Positions 31,380-42,039 of a DNA stretch of 64,000 nt are shown here, piece by piece. Both the position numbers and the translations under genes were made by a program. This stretch comes from a virus (Duplodnaviria; Caudoviricetes). The DNA lies in the IMG/VR virus record IMGVR_UViG_3300028888_000001. One strand, written 5' to 3'. A model generated the notes under the pieces. The model made no database searches, was not told where the DNA came from, and was given only the letters and a program-made list of their open reading frames with translations. Positions within the stretch are counted from its first letter, which is position 1; every line of letters starts with the position of its first letter.

Positions 31380-31482
31380 AATACAGTACCTCCAAAAAAT
31401 ATTCTTTTAATATTTTGTAGAAAAAATAATAAATTAATATTAAACAGAGAGGAGTAGTAAAACACCCCTCTCTTTATGCTTA

Positions 31483-31800
31483 TCATTGTAAATCTTTTAA
31501 CCATATTGGCGAGCAATCATTCTTCATGCTATATTTAGCGATCTTCCCCATGATTTCTTCATCCACTATAGGAGCAGCTTCGTTTTCTGCTATATAAAAC
31601 TCATACCATCTATTCCTACATAAGTAGTATGGTAAATCATCAGGCTGAACTTTGTCTTCTCCAAGCTCATCTTCTTTTAATTCAGTTATCACCTCAGTGA
31701 CGATAAGAAGCAAGCCTTTGAGATTTTCTTTTGGATCAGTGCCTGAAGGATTTTTAGATAAGATAATTATATCGCCTACATCGAATAATGGAGTACTCAT
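31483..31800 (-). CDS. Hypothetical protein (105 aa, SH3/KOW-like start FDVGDII)
   Basis: AAGGAG RBS. Confidence 0.7.
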   Translation of the reverse strand: MSTPLFDVGDIIILSKNPSGTDPKENLKGLLLIVTEVITELKEDELGEDKVQPDDLPYYLCRNRWYEFYIAENEAAPIVDEEIMGKIAKYSMKNDCSPIWLKDLQ

Positions 31801-31815
31801 TTATTTACTTTCTCC

Positions 31816-32463
31816 TTAATTACTAATTGCGTAATAGTCTTTATTTTTATAAACTCTAGATTTTCTGCCTAAGTATGGCGTTCTAGTATAAGAGCTCTTA
31901 GTGAACTCATACCAAACCAAATTAGTTTGATATTTCTTAGCTAGATCTAAGCTATGCTGAGTACCAGTGCCATGACTTGCAGAATCTTTGAAACAAATAA
32001 CCATTCTGTTTGGTTTTTGAGAGATAAATTTATGCATTTGCTCATTGCGTTTTAAGCCTGCTGTAGAGCCATATATAGTCCACGCTGCTGGAAAACCTTT
32101 AAGATTGTAGCCTCTATCAGCAGCATAGTTTTTAGCTATAGTATCTACACCAGCTTCTTCACCCTCAACAATGACAATCTTCTTATATTGCTCTTTAATC
32201 TCTTTAAGCTCTTCATCTAGTAAGCTATAGATTATATCTATGCGCTCTTGATCTAGAATTGTTTTACTTCCAGCAACGAGCAGATAGAAATATTCATTGT
32301 CTTCAAGAGCTTCTAATTTCTTAGCCTCAATCTCTTCCATAGAAAGTATAGCTTTCTTAGGAGCTAATTCTGGAGGGCCGTTATATAATTCAGGATCGTT
32401 AAGTACTTCTTCAGGCATTTCTTGCTCTGGCTCTTGTACCGATGTAATATTTTCTTCGTTCAT
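31816..32463 (-). CDS. SLOG-family (DUF2493/YspA-like) protein
   Basis: LLVAGSK...IVEGEEAGVDTIA...FPAAW..YG..AG..RNEQM...SHGTGT.HSL. Confidence 0.8.
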   Translation of the reverse strand: MNEENITSVQEPEQEMPEEVLNDPELYNGPPELAPKKAILSMEEIEAKKLEALEDNEYFYLLVAGSKTILDQERIDIIYSLLDEELKEIKEQYKKIVIVEGEEAGVDTIAKNYAADRGYNLKGFPAAWTIYGSTAGLKRNEQMHKFISQKPNRMVICFKDSASHGTGTQHSLDLAKKYQTNLVWYEFTKSSYTRTPYLGRKSRVYKNKDYYAISN

Positions 32464-32947
32464 TTTTATATTTGCCTCCTTTAATTATATTAGATTCTTC
32501 AATATTATGATCTAAGAATGCTTTATATTCTTCGTATGTAATTTCATTATTACAAAAGTCTAAATACGTAGCCTCATGAGCTATAGTAATACTATCCCAT
32601 ATATCCGGGCTCAATAAGTTAGCTTTGATTAATTCATTAAATATATGTACTAGCTTACGGCTATTCTTAAAAGCATCTGGATATATGATAGCCTCATAGT
32701 ACCATATTGAGCAAATCTTATATTTCTCTATAAGAAAGTGTACTGGAGAAATATATGTCGGTATGCTATTAGAAAGCTCTGAAAATGAAATACCTTTTAG
32801 ATCACATACATAGTCAGCTATAGCACGTTCATGCGACGGCACAGCCTCAATTATGGTTTTATTTGGCAGTATAATGGATTCATTATAACCTATCCAGCTT
32901 TTATCACCACCAGCGCCATGAAGTTTGATGAATTCTTGTATTTTCAT
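32411..32947 (-). CDS. Hypothetical protein (178 aa)
   Basis: AAGGAG RBS. IILP...I.EAVPSHE motif. Confidence 0.65.
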   Translation of the reverse strand: MKIQEFIKLHGAGGDKSWIGYNESIILPNKTIIEAVPSHERAIADYVCDLKGISFSELSNSIPTYISPVHFLIEKYKICSIWYYEAIIYPDAFKNSRKLVHIFNELIKANLLSPDIWDSITIAHEATYLDFCNNEITYEEYKAFLDHNIEESNIIKGGKYKNERRKYYIGTRARARNA

Positions 32948-33010
32948 TTTGTCTCCTTTAGAATAGTTATCGTTTTATAGATGCAATTATATTATATATA
33001 ATCATTAAAT

Positions 33011-33042
33011 AAATTGCTAGAGGGATATCCCTCTAGCAATTT
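33011..33042 (-). terminator. Rho-independent terminator
   Basis: aaattgctagaggg-atat-ccctctagcaattt. Confidence 0.75.
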
Positions 33043-33051
33043 AAATTATAG

Positions 33052-36000
33052 TTAGATTAAATAGATGCCTTGATCAAGAAGCTCTTTGATCTTCTTATCA
33101 CTAAGGCCATTATTAGAACTAGTTACATTATCTATAAGCTCAACGCCGATATCCTTCTCTGCGTTATTTATAGCTTCATTAATAATATCTGTTCTATTTA
33201 CATTATTATTGGTTTCAGCCATATTATCATCTTCCCCTTCAGAAGTAGTTGTTTTAGGCATTGGTATATTAAGACTTAGAGATTTTCTCTTTGGAATAAT
33301 AGCGCTAGAAATAGCATTATTTTCAGTATAGTTAATAACACTAGTTGAAGTTTTATTATCTACATTGAAATTGACCTTGGAGAGATCTCCGATTTTAATA
33401 TGGATATCAAATCCATAAGTCTCGAATAGTCTAGTGAAGAATCCGTTGGTTTTCCACATAACAAATGTAGTCGTATATCCATATTCATTTTTATATGGAA
33501 ATTCTCCCATGAATTCCATATGCATTTCTTTAATCTCTTTAAGGAGTTTAGTTTCTTTTATAAAATGGCCATTAGTATACACAGGAGTTGTCTTATCATC
33601 TCTACAATTACTTAGAATTTCTTCAGATTGTAGATCTGGGAATGAAAATTCTGCATATAACGGCACATGATTCTCATATAATAATTCTTTGGCGCACGCA
33701 AATACGAAATATTTATTATTTCCAATAATATAATCATTGAGTTGTATGTCTGCGGTTCTGATTAGATGCTTATCAAGATGATGCATAAGCTGGTGTAGAT
33801 CAGATTGATCATAATATTCACGTATGCGATTCATCTCACGTTTAAGCATTGTATCATCAACCACATGCCATGTATCAAATGGTTCTTTACTATATAACTC
33901 AGGATTATCTATAGTATGATTGACTAGCTGATAGGTCAAAGATCTCCATTTAGTTTTATCTTCTTCATTTTCAGCATCATCCAATACTGCAATGAAATTA
34001 TCACTATATACGTTTACAATATTTATATTGGTAGAATCTATAGCTCTATGATAGATTATTTGGCCAAATATATCATGGAAAATACGTCCTGAAGAAGTAT
34101 CCCCTTCAAATTTAGGAATTGTAACAGCAAAGATTTCTTCTCCATTATATACATCTATATATGGTAGATAATCTATAATTTTACGACCTTGGGAGTCGTA
34201 TAATTCCTCAGCATCTAGAGTTAAATATTGTCGTACTAAAGTTTGTGGATCTATCAATACAATATCATAGATAACTTTACCGGTATCATCTACTCTAGCG
34301 TGTACGCTCTCTATATAATTGCCAAGACGATGAATATTTGCTATATCTAATGGACTTCCAGATATAACATTACTTTCGTCATACCATATATTTCTAATGA
34401 TATTGTTTTGATCTATAATCTGAGCTTGATATGTAATCTCTCCAGATTCTTTATATTGATCTATAGAGCTTTTTATAGTATACCCATCTTTAGGTACTAT
34501 GGCAACTATCTCGTTAAGATAAACAAGATTATGCTTTATATTGTAATATTGTAAACTATCTTCGTCTATGGTGCCCCAGTATACACCATTAACGAAATCA
34601 AGCTTAGTGTCTTCTACAAGAATTCTAAATCCTGTATCAGCAACAAATCTAAAGTTTCTAGGCTCTTCTATAGTTTCTATCCATTCATATTCTCTATCTT
34701 CAAGAGGTATCTCAACTCCGTTAATAGATTGTGATATAAGATCTAATTCTTGATTTATACGCTGAGAATAATCCCAATAGAATTTAAACGATTCTGCTAC
34801 AGAGCCCTTTTCAAATAAAAGATTTCTAGGTTCAGTATAAAAATATAATAATGACGTAATATTCTTTTCTATATTTATAACTGGGGTGGCATCCAAAGCT
34901 GGAAGAATAAGAGTTCCAGTGTCTTTATCTTCTTCGTATAACTCATCTGTCTCATAATCATATATGAAAGTCTGATCTTGATAGTTGTAGCCAGAAGTAA
35001 CCCAGAAATCTCTAACTATTTCATTTAATATAGCAATATGAGCTACATTAGCCCATACTTTATCTTCTTCTGTGTCTGTCATTTTGGCATAATAACCAAA
35101 TACATTATCTAATTCTTCATACCCAATTGCAGAGTGGGTTCTAATAAAATTAACTAAAGAATCATATTTAGATATTTTATTCTCGTCCCTAAGATTATCA
35201 GAAACCTGTTTTATGTTTCCTACATTTATTGGTGTTACAGCTGGGTATTTTAATGTATTTATGTCTGTAGTAAATCTGACAGTATGTGAATCTATGTCAG
35301 CTATATCATTGTAAGGAATCTTCTTTCCGTTTACAAAGAATAAATATAAGTCTTTAGAAAGTGGAACATCTAGATCTGTTTTAAGATAATCTAAATAACC
35401 ACTAGGTTTAACTTCACATCTAGGTTTATTATCTATATTAATATCCGTCATTTCATATGGCACATAGAATAGCTCTACCCTATCATTAGCATCAACAAAC
35501 CGTGCTGTATATAAGTATAAACCATAGAACGGTCTAGTGTGTTTAGGAATAGTAACAAGATAAGAGTCTTGTTTCATCCTACGACCATTGATAAATAGAA
35601 TGTATTGTCTTTGATTATCGCAATATCTAAATCTCTTGTCTAGAGCTATACGATAAGATTTTTTATCTACATAAAGCCGTTGATATACAAACTTATATTT
35701 AGACGTTGCTACAAAAGTATTCTCAAGCTGTTCTGTTGTATAGATTGCAGATAAATCTTCTCCAGTGAGCACATCTATTACATTAATATCATCTGTGGTT
35801 AACGTTATAGGCATATCAGTTCCACCTATTTGAATATCATGATATGTAGTGGAGTAATCTGACATATCTAGAGCATTTAATGGTTCATATCCATCTGTGA
35901 TGTGATAGATAGCACTATTCTTGATAGCTAACGTATTATCTGTTTCATGACTAGAAATATTAAATGCTATATTTTCAGATGCTTCAGGAATTAAAGTTGG

Positions 36001-38562
36001 ATATTGAATTAAATATTTAGGATAATGACAGAATATTTGTAACTCTTCTGGTCTTATGAAATTACTAAAAATATCTATATTGTAATAATTAGAATTCTCC
36101 TTGGATTGTGATAATAATGTATTATAAATCCATTCGGTAAATGAGAATCTAATCTCATTATTATTTACATTCTTAAAGTATAATACTTCTATTCTGTCTG
36201 ATTCTTTGAAAGAAAAATCATCATCTACAGGAATAAAGAAAAAGTTTGCATATGCTATAGTCTTATAGTAATTCTCAAATAACTCGCCATTTAAGAATAC
36301 CATCATGTATGTCTCATGGTTTTTATATTTCTTCCTAGGAATTTTTAAACCACGTTTAGACTGATACATGAACGTATAGACTAAGTTATCATTCGCTTGA
36401 GAACCAGTAAATTCTCTTGAATCTATGTATGTGGTATACGCACCATTTAAAAGCGATGGATTGTAATCTAATATAACATCTATAGCTTTCTTATTTGACT
36501 CCTCTATAGTAAGCTTTTTGTCTATAGTAAAATCAAATGGATCTAATGCTTTATGTACAAAATTGACTAGATCTGTATTTTGATCATTTAAATATACAAT
36601 ATAATCTGTTAATTTCGGAACAAATGCAAATTCTTTATCTAAGAAATAAGCATCTATATTTTTATATGCTAAGTTATCTGTCGTTATAGCATCTAGTGCA
36701 GTCTCAGTTTCATAATTATGATAGTATAAAACTTCAAGATATTTCTTAGCCTTATCATTCATATAAGACTTTAAGAAATTATCAGTATTACGAATAACAT
36801 GAGCAGAGTGCTTATCATACACTCCGATAATAGACATTTTATGTTTATCAGGATTATCCATCATAATAATATTATTTATTGAAGTCATTATCTTGGCTTC
36901 AGATTTGAAATATCCGTTATCAAATACAAGATAATTTTCTCTAAATAATACATTGTTAATATCTGACAGGTCACAATAGATCAAATCATCCGATGAATCA
37001 TGTATATGAACTTGAGTAGACTCATTGGTTATATAAACAGAATATTCTCCATTTTCTGTATCGTATAACCCGTCATTTGTAAAGCTTAGTTTTGTAAATT
37101 TATTATAGTGCTCAAGCTCCATATAATTTAAATAAGCGTATAAATCTTCAGATGTATAACTATCTCTATCTAAAGCATTAAACCTAGTTTGCTTTGTACT
37201 TAAAATAGATCCACCAGAATCACGCAAATATTTAAATACTGGTATATATCTTAGTTTCTTTATACGATCTTCAGAGAGTAGTCCTAAATGATATCTTTTT
37301 ATTTGATAATACATCCAACCACCAACGTTTACAGGATACTGATTATACTTATATACAGTCTCCATCGTTGGTATATTTAAATACAATTCGTTATTTGAAT
37401 CTATGTAACAATTATCTTGAAGATAATTTGTTAATGCTTCATAGTTAGCGTTAAATGAATAATCTGTTTCTTCTCCAATATACTCACACTTAAATGGCAT
37501 GATGACAATATTAATCTCTTTATCGATTATATATTCTTTAGCGTACTTTTCACCATGGAGTACTATCCAAGATTCATCTGAATCATACACTATATCTATA
37601 TCATCCCATTTAACAAATTTATGGTCAACGAATACCATCAATGGTTTCATTAAGCCTTGATAAACTAGCCTATCAAGTCTACCATAAAAACATTTTTTAT
37701 TTATTCTATTGCTAAAAGAGTTATATGGTAAATTATCAACCTGAAGAATTCCAATTGCAGAGTCAGGATCATTTACACTGTATCTATGAGCATAATACTT
37801 TCCATCATATCTAAATTTATCTACAACGTTAATATTTGCTCTTCTATTAATTTGAAGCTTTAAAGACGTATCAGATTCTAGAAATTGAATATTAAACTTA
37901 GCTTCGTCAATACGACGTAAGAACTTAATGTAATTAAGATTAAGAACGTCATAGATTATTCTATCGTCATCTGTAATTGCATTAAGCCCCTCACCAAATT
38001 CTATATTAAATTTTGTGTGGGTCATAAGTTCATTGAATTTGACATTTTCTAGATTAAAGATATTATAGAAAACACGGCCATCTTCAGCAATAGCGTCTAT
38101 CTGGTCTTCTCCAATCTCAACGTCAAATCCCTCATGCTCAATTCCTTCATGTGTGAACTTGTAATATTTGAGATTACCAAATACGTCTCTTATTATAGTT
38201 CCATCTTCAAGAATAGCAAATACTTCTCCATCACCGATTATATCAGCATAGCGTGTCTTAATTTGGTCTTTCTTAGACATATAATACACTTTAGCGTCGA
38301 TAACGTCATTGTTTTTATATGTCGATGCTATATCTTCATTAATATAAATGGCTTTAATATTTTTAAAAACTTTTTTACCATCTAAAGTTATAGCATCTAT
38401 ACCATCTCGCTCGTCATACGTAGATAAATAGACTTGATTTATAGTATTAGTAATCACATATGGTACATGCCATTTCTGTGATTTTCTCAAACTAGATGCA
38501 GTATATGTATGCAACTGACTTAGATATCTAGCAATTGATTCGTTGCTCACATATTCAGCCAA
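33052..38562 (-). CDS. Large virion structural protein (baseplate-like)
   Basis: 1836 aa, TTG start. Repeated (L/V)F(V/I/L)NG beta-modules and DAI..DG....I inserts. Lies in a late operon. Confidence 0.55.
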   Translation of the reverse strand: MAEYVSNESIARYLSQLHTYTASSLRKSQKWHVPYVITNTINQVYLSTYDERDGIDAITLDGKKVFKNIKAIYINEDIASTYKNNDVIDAKVYYMSKKDQIKTRYADIIGDGEVFAILEDGTIIRDVFGNLKYYKFTHEGIEHEGFDVEIGEDQIDAIAEDGRVFYNIFNLENVKFNELMTHTKFNIEFGEGLNAITDDDRIIYDVLNLNYIKFLRRIDEAKFNIQFLESDTSLKLQINRRANINVVDKFRYDGKYYAHRYSVNDPDSAIGILQVDNLPYNSFSNRINKKCFYGRLDRLVYQGLMKPLMVFVDHKFVKWDDIDIVYDSDESWIVLHGEKYAKEYIIDKEINIVIMPFKCEYIGEETDYSFNANYEALTNYLQDNCYIDSNNELYLNIPTMETVYKYNQYPVNVGGWMYYQIKRYHLGLLSEDRIKKLRYIPVFKYLRDSGGSILSTKQTRFNALDRDSYTSEDLYAYLNYMELEHYNKFTKLSFTNDGLYDTENGEYSVYITNESTQVHIHDSSDDLIYCDLSDINNVLFRENYLVFDNGYFKSEAKIMTSINNIIMMDNPDKHKMSIIGVYDKHSAHVIRNTDNFLKSYMNDKAKKYLEVLYYHNYETETALDAITTDNLAYKNIDAYFLDKEFAFVPKLTDYIVYLNDQNTDLVNFVHKALDPFDFTIDKKLTIEESNKKAIDVILDYNPSLLNGAYTTYIDSREFTGSQANDNLVYTFMYQSKRGLKIPRKKYKNHETYMMVFLNGELFENYYKTIAYANFFFIPVDDDFSFKESDRIEVLYFKNVNNNEIRFSFTEWIYNTLLSQSKENSNYYNIDIFSNFIRPEELQIFCHYPKYLIQYPTLIPEASENIAFNISSHETDNTLAIKNSAIYHITDGYEPLNALDMSDYSTTYHDIQIGGTDMPITLTTDDINVIDVLTGEDLSAIYTTEQLENTFVATSKYKFVYQRLYVDKKSYRIALDKRFRYCDNQRQYILFINGRRMKQDSYLVTIPKHTRPFYGLYLYTARFVDANDRVELFYVPYEMTDINIDNKPRCEVKPSGYLDYLKTDLDVPLSKDLYLFFVNGKKIPYNDIADIDSHTVRFTTDINTLKYPAVTPINVGNIKQVSDNLRDENKISKYDSLVNFIRTHSAIGYEELDNVFGYYAKMTDTEEDKVWANVAHIAILNEIVRDFWVTSGYNYQDQTFIYDYETDELYEEDKDTGTLILPALDATPVINIEKNITSLLYFYTEPRNLLFEKGSVAESFKFYWDYSQRINQELDLISQSINGVEIPLEDREYEWIETIEEPRNFRFVADTGFRILVEDTKLDFVNGVYWGTIDEDSLQYYNIKHNLVYLNEIVAIVPKDGYTIKSSIDQYKESGEITYQAQIIDQNNIIRNIWYDESNVISGSPLDIANIHRLGNYIESVHARVDDTGKVIYDIVLIDPQTLVRQYLTLDAEELYDSQGRKIIDYLPYIDVYNGEEIFAVTIPKFEGDTSSGRIFHDIFGQIIYHRAIDSTNINIVNVYSDNFIAVLDDAENEEDKTKWRSLTYQLVNHTIDNPELYSKEPFDTWHVVDDTMLKREMNRIREYYDQSDLHQLMHHLDKHLIRTADIQLNDYIIGNNKYFVFACAKELLYENHVPLYAEFSFPDLQSEEILSNCRDDKTTPVYTNGHFIKETKLLKEIKEMHMEFMGEFPYKNEYGYTTTFVMWKTNGFFTRLFETYGFDIHIKIGDLSKVNFNVDNKTSTSVINYTENNAISSAIIPKRKSLSLNIPMPKTTTSEGEDDNMAETNNNVNRTDIINEAINNAEKDIGVELIDNVTSSNNGLSDKKIKELLDQGIYLI

Positions 38563-38564
38563 TT

Positions 38565-39509
38565 TTATACAACCTCCTCTGCAATCTCAAGAATACTCTT
38601 ACAGAATTTCGATAAGCTTCTAGCACAGATCTTCTCTATAGTAATCTGGTTATCAATATATCCACCGATATAAGTATTAGTCATAACCATAGCAAATGCT
38701 GGGAAGTATTCCAATGCGAATATGGTTCCGGTACCAAATGACTTAATCCAAGTGCTTACTACAGCATCAATTTTAATATCCTTGAGATTAAACATGCGGC
38801 CAAGAGCTTTAATAAACGTATCGATATCCTGAAAATCTTCTTGCTTAAGCATAATATCTACAATCTTAGATTCAGAATCTTCTATATCAACTATACGCAT
38901 TGCATAGTTTTTAATAGTTTTAAATTGAGACTCAGTATAGCTGTCTTTGCAAAGAAGATTTATTTGATAATACAATGCACAAGCATAATCAATTCTCTTC
39001 TTAATTTGCTGAACTGATGTTATCTTATAAATCCTATCAATGGCATAAGAAAGCATAGATACAAAACAACTACCGCCGTCTAGTATGATAGACGAATCCA
39101 TCGTTAGTTTAGCTTCCCTAAGTTTAAATACAAAGTTCGTTATACCAGCAATGGTATAACTAATCAACCAATTTAATTCTTGACATTGATAAGCTCCCTT
39201 ATCGTATTTTATATAATCAGTGGCATCTATAAAAACTTTATATTTTTTATCAGTTTTTACATCTTGTGCTACGAATACTCTAAACGCTTTAGGAAGCGAT
39301 CTATCTCCAATACCAATAACCACATTATCTGATGTGATTACTTTAGCGAGTTTATCAGAAATTTTACGTCTTTTAACATCAAAAAGTATATCATCAAATT
39401 CAGATGACTTAGTATCTATACGATTAGCAGCCATGATAAACTTATACATGTCACGCCCATAATCTATAGACTTTTTATAAAGAAAGCTATCAGCATAGGT
39501 TTTTGCCAT
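38565..39509 (-). CDS. Probable virion structural protein (314 aa)
   Basis: AGGAGG RBS, late promoter at 39538-39551, co-transcribed with the 1836-aa gene. Confidence 0.55.
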   Translation of the reverse strand: MAKTYADSFLYKKSIDYGRDMYKFIMAANRIDTKSSEFDDILFDVKRRKISDKLAKVITSDNVVIGIGDRSLPKAFRVFVAQDVKTDKKYKVFIDATDYIKYDKGAYQCQELNWLISYTIAGITNFVFKLREAKLTMDSSIILDGGSCFVSMLSYAIDRIYKITSVQQIKKRIDYACALYYQINLLCKDSYTESQFKTIKNYAMRIVDIEDSESKIVDIMLKQEDFQDIDTFIKALGRMFNLKDIKIDAVVSTWIKSFGTGTIFALEYFPAFAMVMTNTYIGGYIDNQITIEKICARSLSKFCKSILEIAEEVV

Positions 39510-39537
39510 TGTATTTTTACCTCCTAAGCTCTTATAA

Positions 39538-39551
39538 ATTATTCAAATGTT
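39538..39551 (-). promoter_or_regulatory. Putative late promoter AACA-N6-TAAT
   Basis: Minus strand aaca tttgaa taat. Confidence 0.6.
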
Positions 39552-39630
39552 TCAGGGGTCTATTAATTATTAGATTTATAATAAATCGTTTACATCTAAA
39601 ATAATAATATATAAAAGGAGAAATCAAGAC

Positions 39631-40236
39631 ATGGAAGAGCAGAAAAAAGAAAATATTCTAGAAGATATTTTTGAGCCGGTAAAGAATGATCCAAACTATG
39701 ATGAGTTTATGAAAAACTTTAGACTCAATGCACCAGTGAAAAAAATCAATTTAGATGTAAATCAGCCTAATACTATCGTAGGGCTTTGGTTACTAGCAGA
39801 TGAAAACTCTTTAAAAATTCTTAAAGAGAAAGCTGATATGAAAGACATAAATGATGATACAATCATAGCATTTACAAATCAGCATATCTTGGAGCTGTCT
39901 AATATTATATATGGAATGAGCTTGCTATTCGTTGAAAATAATATTTTACCAGCTGAAGATCTCATGAGATTTATATGTGGTTATCTTAATCTATTTAATA
40001 AAATTTCATCATACTCTATTTATAAAGAGTCTATAAAGCTTACAGATTATACAGAAAGAGAAAGAAATATTTTCTTTGCTGGGGCTAAACCCGGTAGCAG
40101 AACAGCAATAAATAAATTTTTAGAAATATTAAAGTATATAATATTTGTTCCTTACAATGAAATTGATGCTATAGGAAAAATGGCTATAGAGGAGTTTAAA
40201 AATTCACAAAAGGGTAATAACGAAAATGAAGGATGA
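39631..40236 (+). CDS. Hypothetical protein (201 aa)
   Basis: AAGGAG RBS. Confidence 0.75.
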   Translation: MEEQKKENILEDIFEPVKNDPNYDEFMKNFRLNAPVKKINLDVNQPNTIVGLWLLADENSLKILKEKADMKDINDDTIIAFTNQHILELSNIIYGMSLLFVENNILPAEDLMRFICGYLNLFNKISSYSIYKESIKLTDYTERERNIFFAGAKPGSRTAINKFLEILKYIIFVPYNEIDAIGKMAIEEFKNSQKGNNENEG

Positions 40237-40945
40237 GTTAATAGTTCTACTAGATGATGTTTTTAAAATAGATGATAGCATAAATTCAGATTACTTTTAT
40301 AATGGTATAAGAGTACCAAGAGTAACGAAAATAATTTCAAGATGCATCCATAATGATAAATTGATGTATTGGGCTAATAATCTTGGCTTTAAACATCAAT
40401 CTTATAATAAAGTATTATCACAAGCAGCAAATATCGGTACTGAATGCCATACATCTATAGACGCATTTTTAGATACTAACACCGACGTATCCCCAACTTT
40501 AGAAGAAAGCAAAAATGCTTACTGGTCATTTAGAAAATGGTTTGATGATATTTCTAGATTTTCTCAAGTACAAATAATATTCCATGAAAAAACTATAGTG
40601 TGTAAATATTTCGGTGGAACTTTAGATGGGTTATATAATATTGGAGGTAAGATATATTTAATAGATTACAAAACCAGTAATCATATAACGTTTAACTATT
40701 GTCTTCAATTAGCGGCATATATCTATATGCTAAGAACTGAGTGTAATATTTACCCTGACGGATGCGTTATATTACAGTTATCAAAAAACGACATAGGATA
40801 CAATGAATATAGTCTAGATTTGCATAATCCATCAGATAAGCAATTTATGGATAATTGTGAAACTACATTCTTATCAATGGTTTACTATTTTTACAATTTA
40901 TGTAATATAGAAAACCAGTTTAATGCATTAAACTGGAGGTCATAA
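40226..40945 (+). CDS. PD-(D/E)xK exonuclease (phage exonuclease/Cas4-like fold)
   Basis: VPRVTKII, GTECH, HEK...GGTLDG, LIDYKTS, LQLAAY. Confidence 0.85.
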   Translation: MKDELIVLLDDVFKIDDSINSDYFYNGIRVPRVTKIISRCIHNDKLMYWANNLGFKHQSYNKVLSQAANIGTECHTSIDAFLDTNTDVSPTLEESKNAYWSFRKWFDDISRFSQVQIIFHEKTIVCKYFGGTLDGLYNIGGKIYLIDYKTSNHITFNYCLQLAAYIYMLRTECNIYPDGCVILQLSKNDIGYNEYSLDLHNPSDKQFMDNCETTFLSMVYYFYNLCNIENQFNALNWRS

Positions 40946-41463
40946 TGGAGCCTGTAAATATAATCCATAGTCTATGTATTAAGATAGGCGACTATCAAAA
41001 TTTATATACCGGTAATTTCATCGGCAAATTTATATTAAAAAGAAAAATAAATAGGCTTATTAAAGAATTTCTTTCTAATGATATTTTTAGACAATCATCA
41101 GCTTTAGCTGGTGTATTGATAAGCTTGAACAGTAGTAATTCAAATATTTTACAAGAACGGTTAGATGGTAAAATTAGAATTTCTAAAGTATCTATAGAAA
41201 TGAAAGTAAATGATGCTTTTGTAAGCTATATACCAAAAGAAGAATTATTTGAAGTGGATACCGCATATAATAGCGTAGGCGGAATAAAATTTAATTATAA
41301 TAGATTTGGTTCTGGGTCTTCTAAAATAGATTCTATATGGCAATCTATGGTATTTGATATAGAAAGCACGTATTTAAATACGATATATATTATAGCAGAC
41401 GTTCTTAATAACCCAGCGATAAAAAATGTACAAGATGATGGCATTGATCCATTCGTTAATTAA
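40945..41463 (+). CDS. Hypothetical protein (172 aa)
   Basis: GGAGG RBS, translationally coupled. Confidence 0.7.
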   Translation: MEPVNIIHSLCIKIGDYQNLYTGNFIGKFILKRKINRLIKEFLSNDIFRQSSALAGVLISLNSSNSNILQERLDGKIRISKVSIEMKVNDAFVSYIPKEELFEVDTAYNSVGGIKFNYNRFGSGSSKIDSIWQSMVFDIESTYLNTIYIIADVLNNPAIKNVQDDGIDPFVN

Positions 41464-41473
41464 AAACACGAGA

Positions 41474-41505
41474 TATACCGGATGAGGAGAACCTCATCCG
41501 GTATA
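41474..41505. terminator. Strong hairpin; U-tract lies on the minus strand
   Basis: tataccggatgagg-agaa-cctcatccggtata. Confidence 0.7.
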
Positions 41506-41536
41506 CGCGCACTTATATACTTAAAGGAGAAACAAA

Positions 41537-41593
41537 ATGAATAAAAAACAGGATGCGAAGAATATAGTTATCGTTAAAGGCCCTGCAGCATAA
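41537..41593 (+). CDS. Possible 18-aa micropeptide MNKKQDAKNIVIVKGPAA (or the sense face of an antisense RNA)
   Basis: AAAGGAG RBS 7 nt before the ATG. Confidence 0.3.
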   Translation: MNKKQDAKNIVIVKGPAA

Positions 41594-41646
41594 GCCTTTA
41601 CTTATAATGTTGATATAATTTATTTCACTTTGGGAGGCTTTAAAAT

Positions 41647-42000
41647 ATGCCAGATGAAGCCCATGATCGCAAGCAATTACATATATTTATAGATAATCCA
41701 AATAAATACGTAGCATTTTTACCTAACAACGGAAAGATTAATATATTATGCACTTATGATGCATTTGCTGATTGTATTACTAATAACGTTAAAATAATCT
41801 ATACTACACAGCTGGCAGCGTTATCACATATATTTATCCGTATAGGATATGATATAACTCTTTATGATAATGATTTTGTAATAAACTTTGGAGAAGATTA
41901 TTTAAATTCAATAAAAATTGGAGCGCCATCAGAATTTCATAATTTTTATTATATGCAAGATATGTATAGGATAGGTGAATTATATCAAATTGATGAATAG
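41647..42000 (+). CDS. Hypothetical protein (117 aa)
   Basis: GGGAGG RBS. Confidence 0.7.
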   Translation: MPDEAHDRKQLHIFIDNPNKYVAFLPNNGKINILCTYDAFADCITNNVKIIYTTQLAALSHIFIRIGYDITLYDNDFVINFGEDYLNSIKIGAPSEFHNFYYMQDMYRIGELYQIDE

Positions 42001-42003
42001 TTG

Positions 42004-42012
42004 TATATTATA
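42004..42012 (+). promoter_or_regulatory. Putative early promoter TATATTATA
   Basis: Exact motif 28 nt upstream of the tmk ATG. Confidence 0.5.
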
Positions 42013-42039
42013 ACATTGGCTTACGAAAGGACGATTAAA

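Noticed and set aside
40226-40945. Cas4-like nuclease as part of a CRISPR system
   Set aside because: No array or other cas genes and no four-Cys Fe-S pattern; an ordinary phage PD-(D/E)xK exonuclease.
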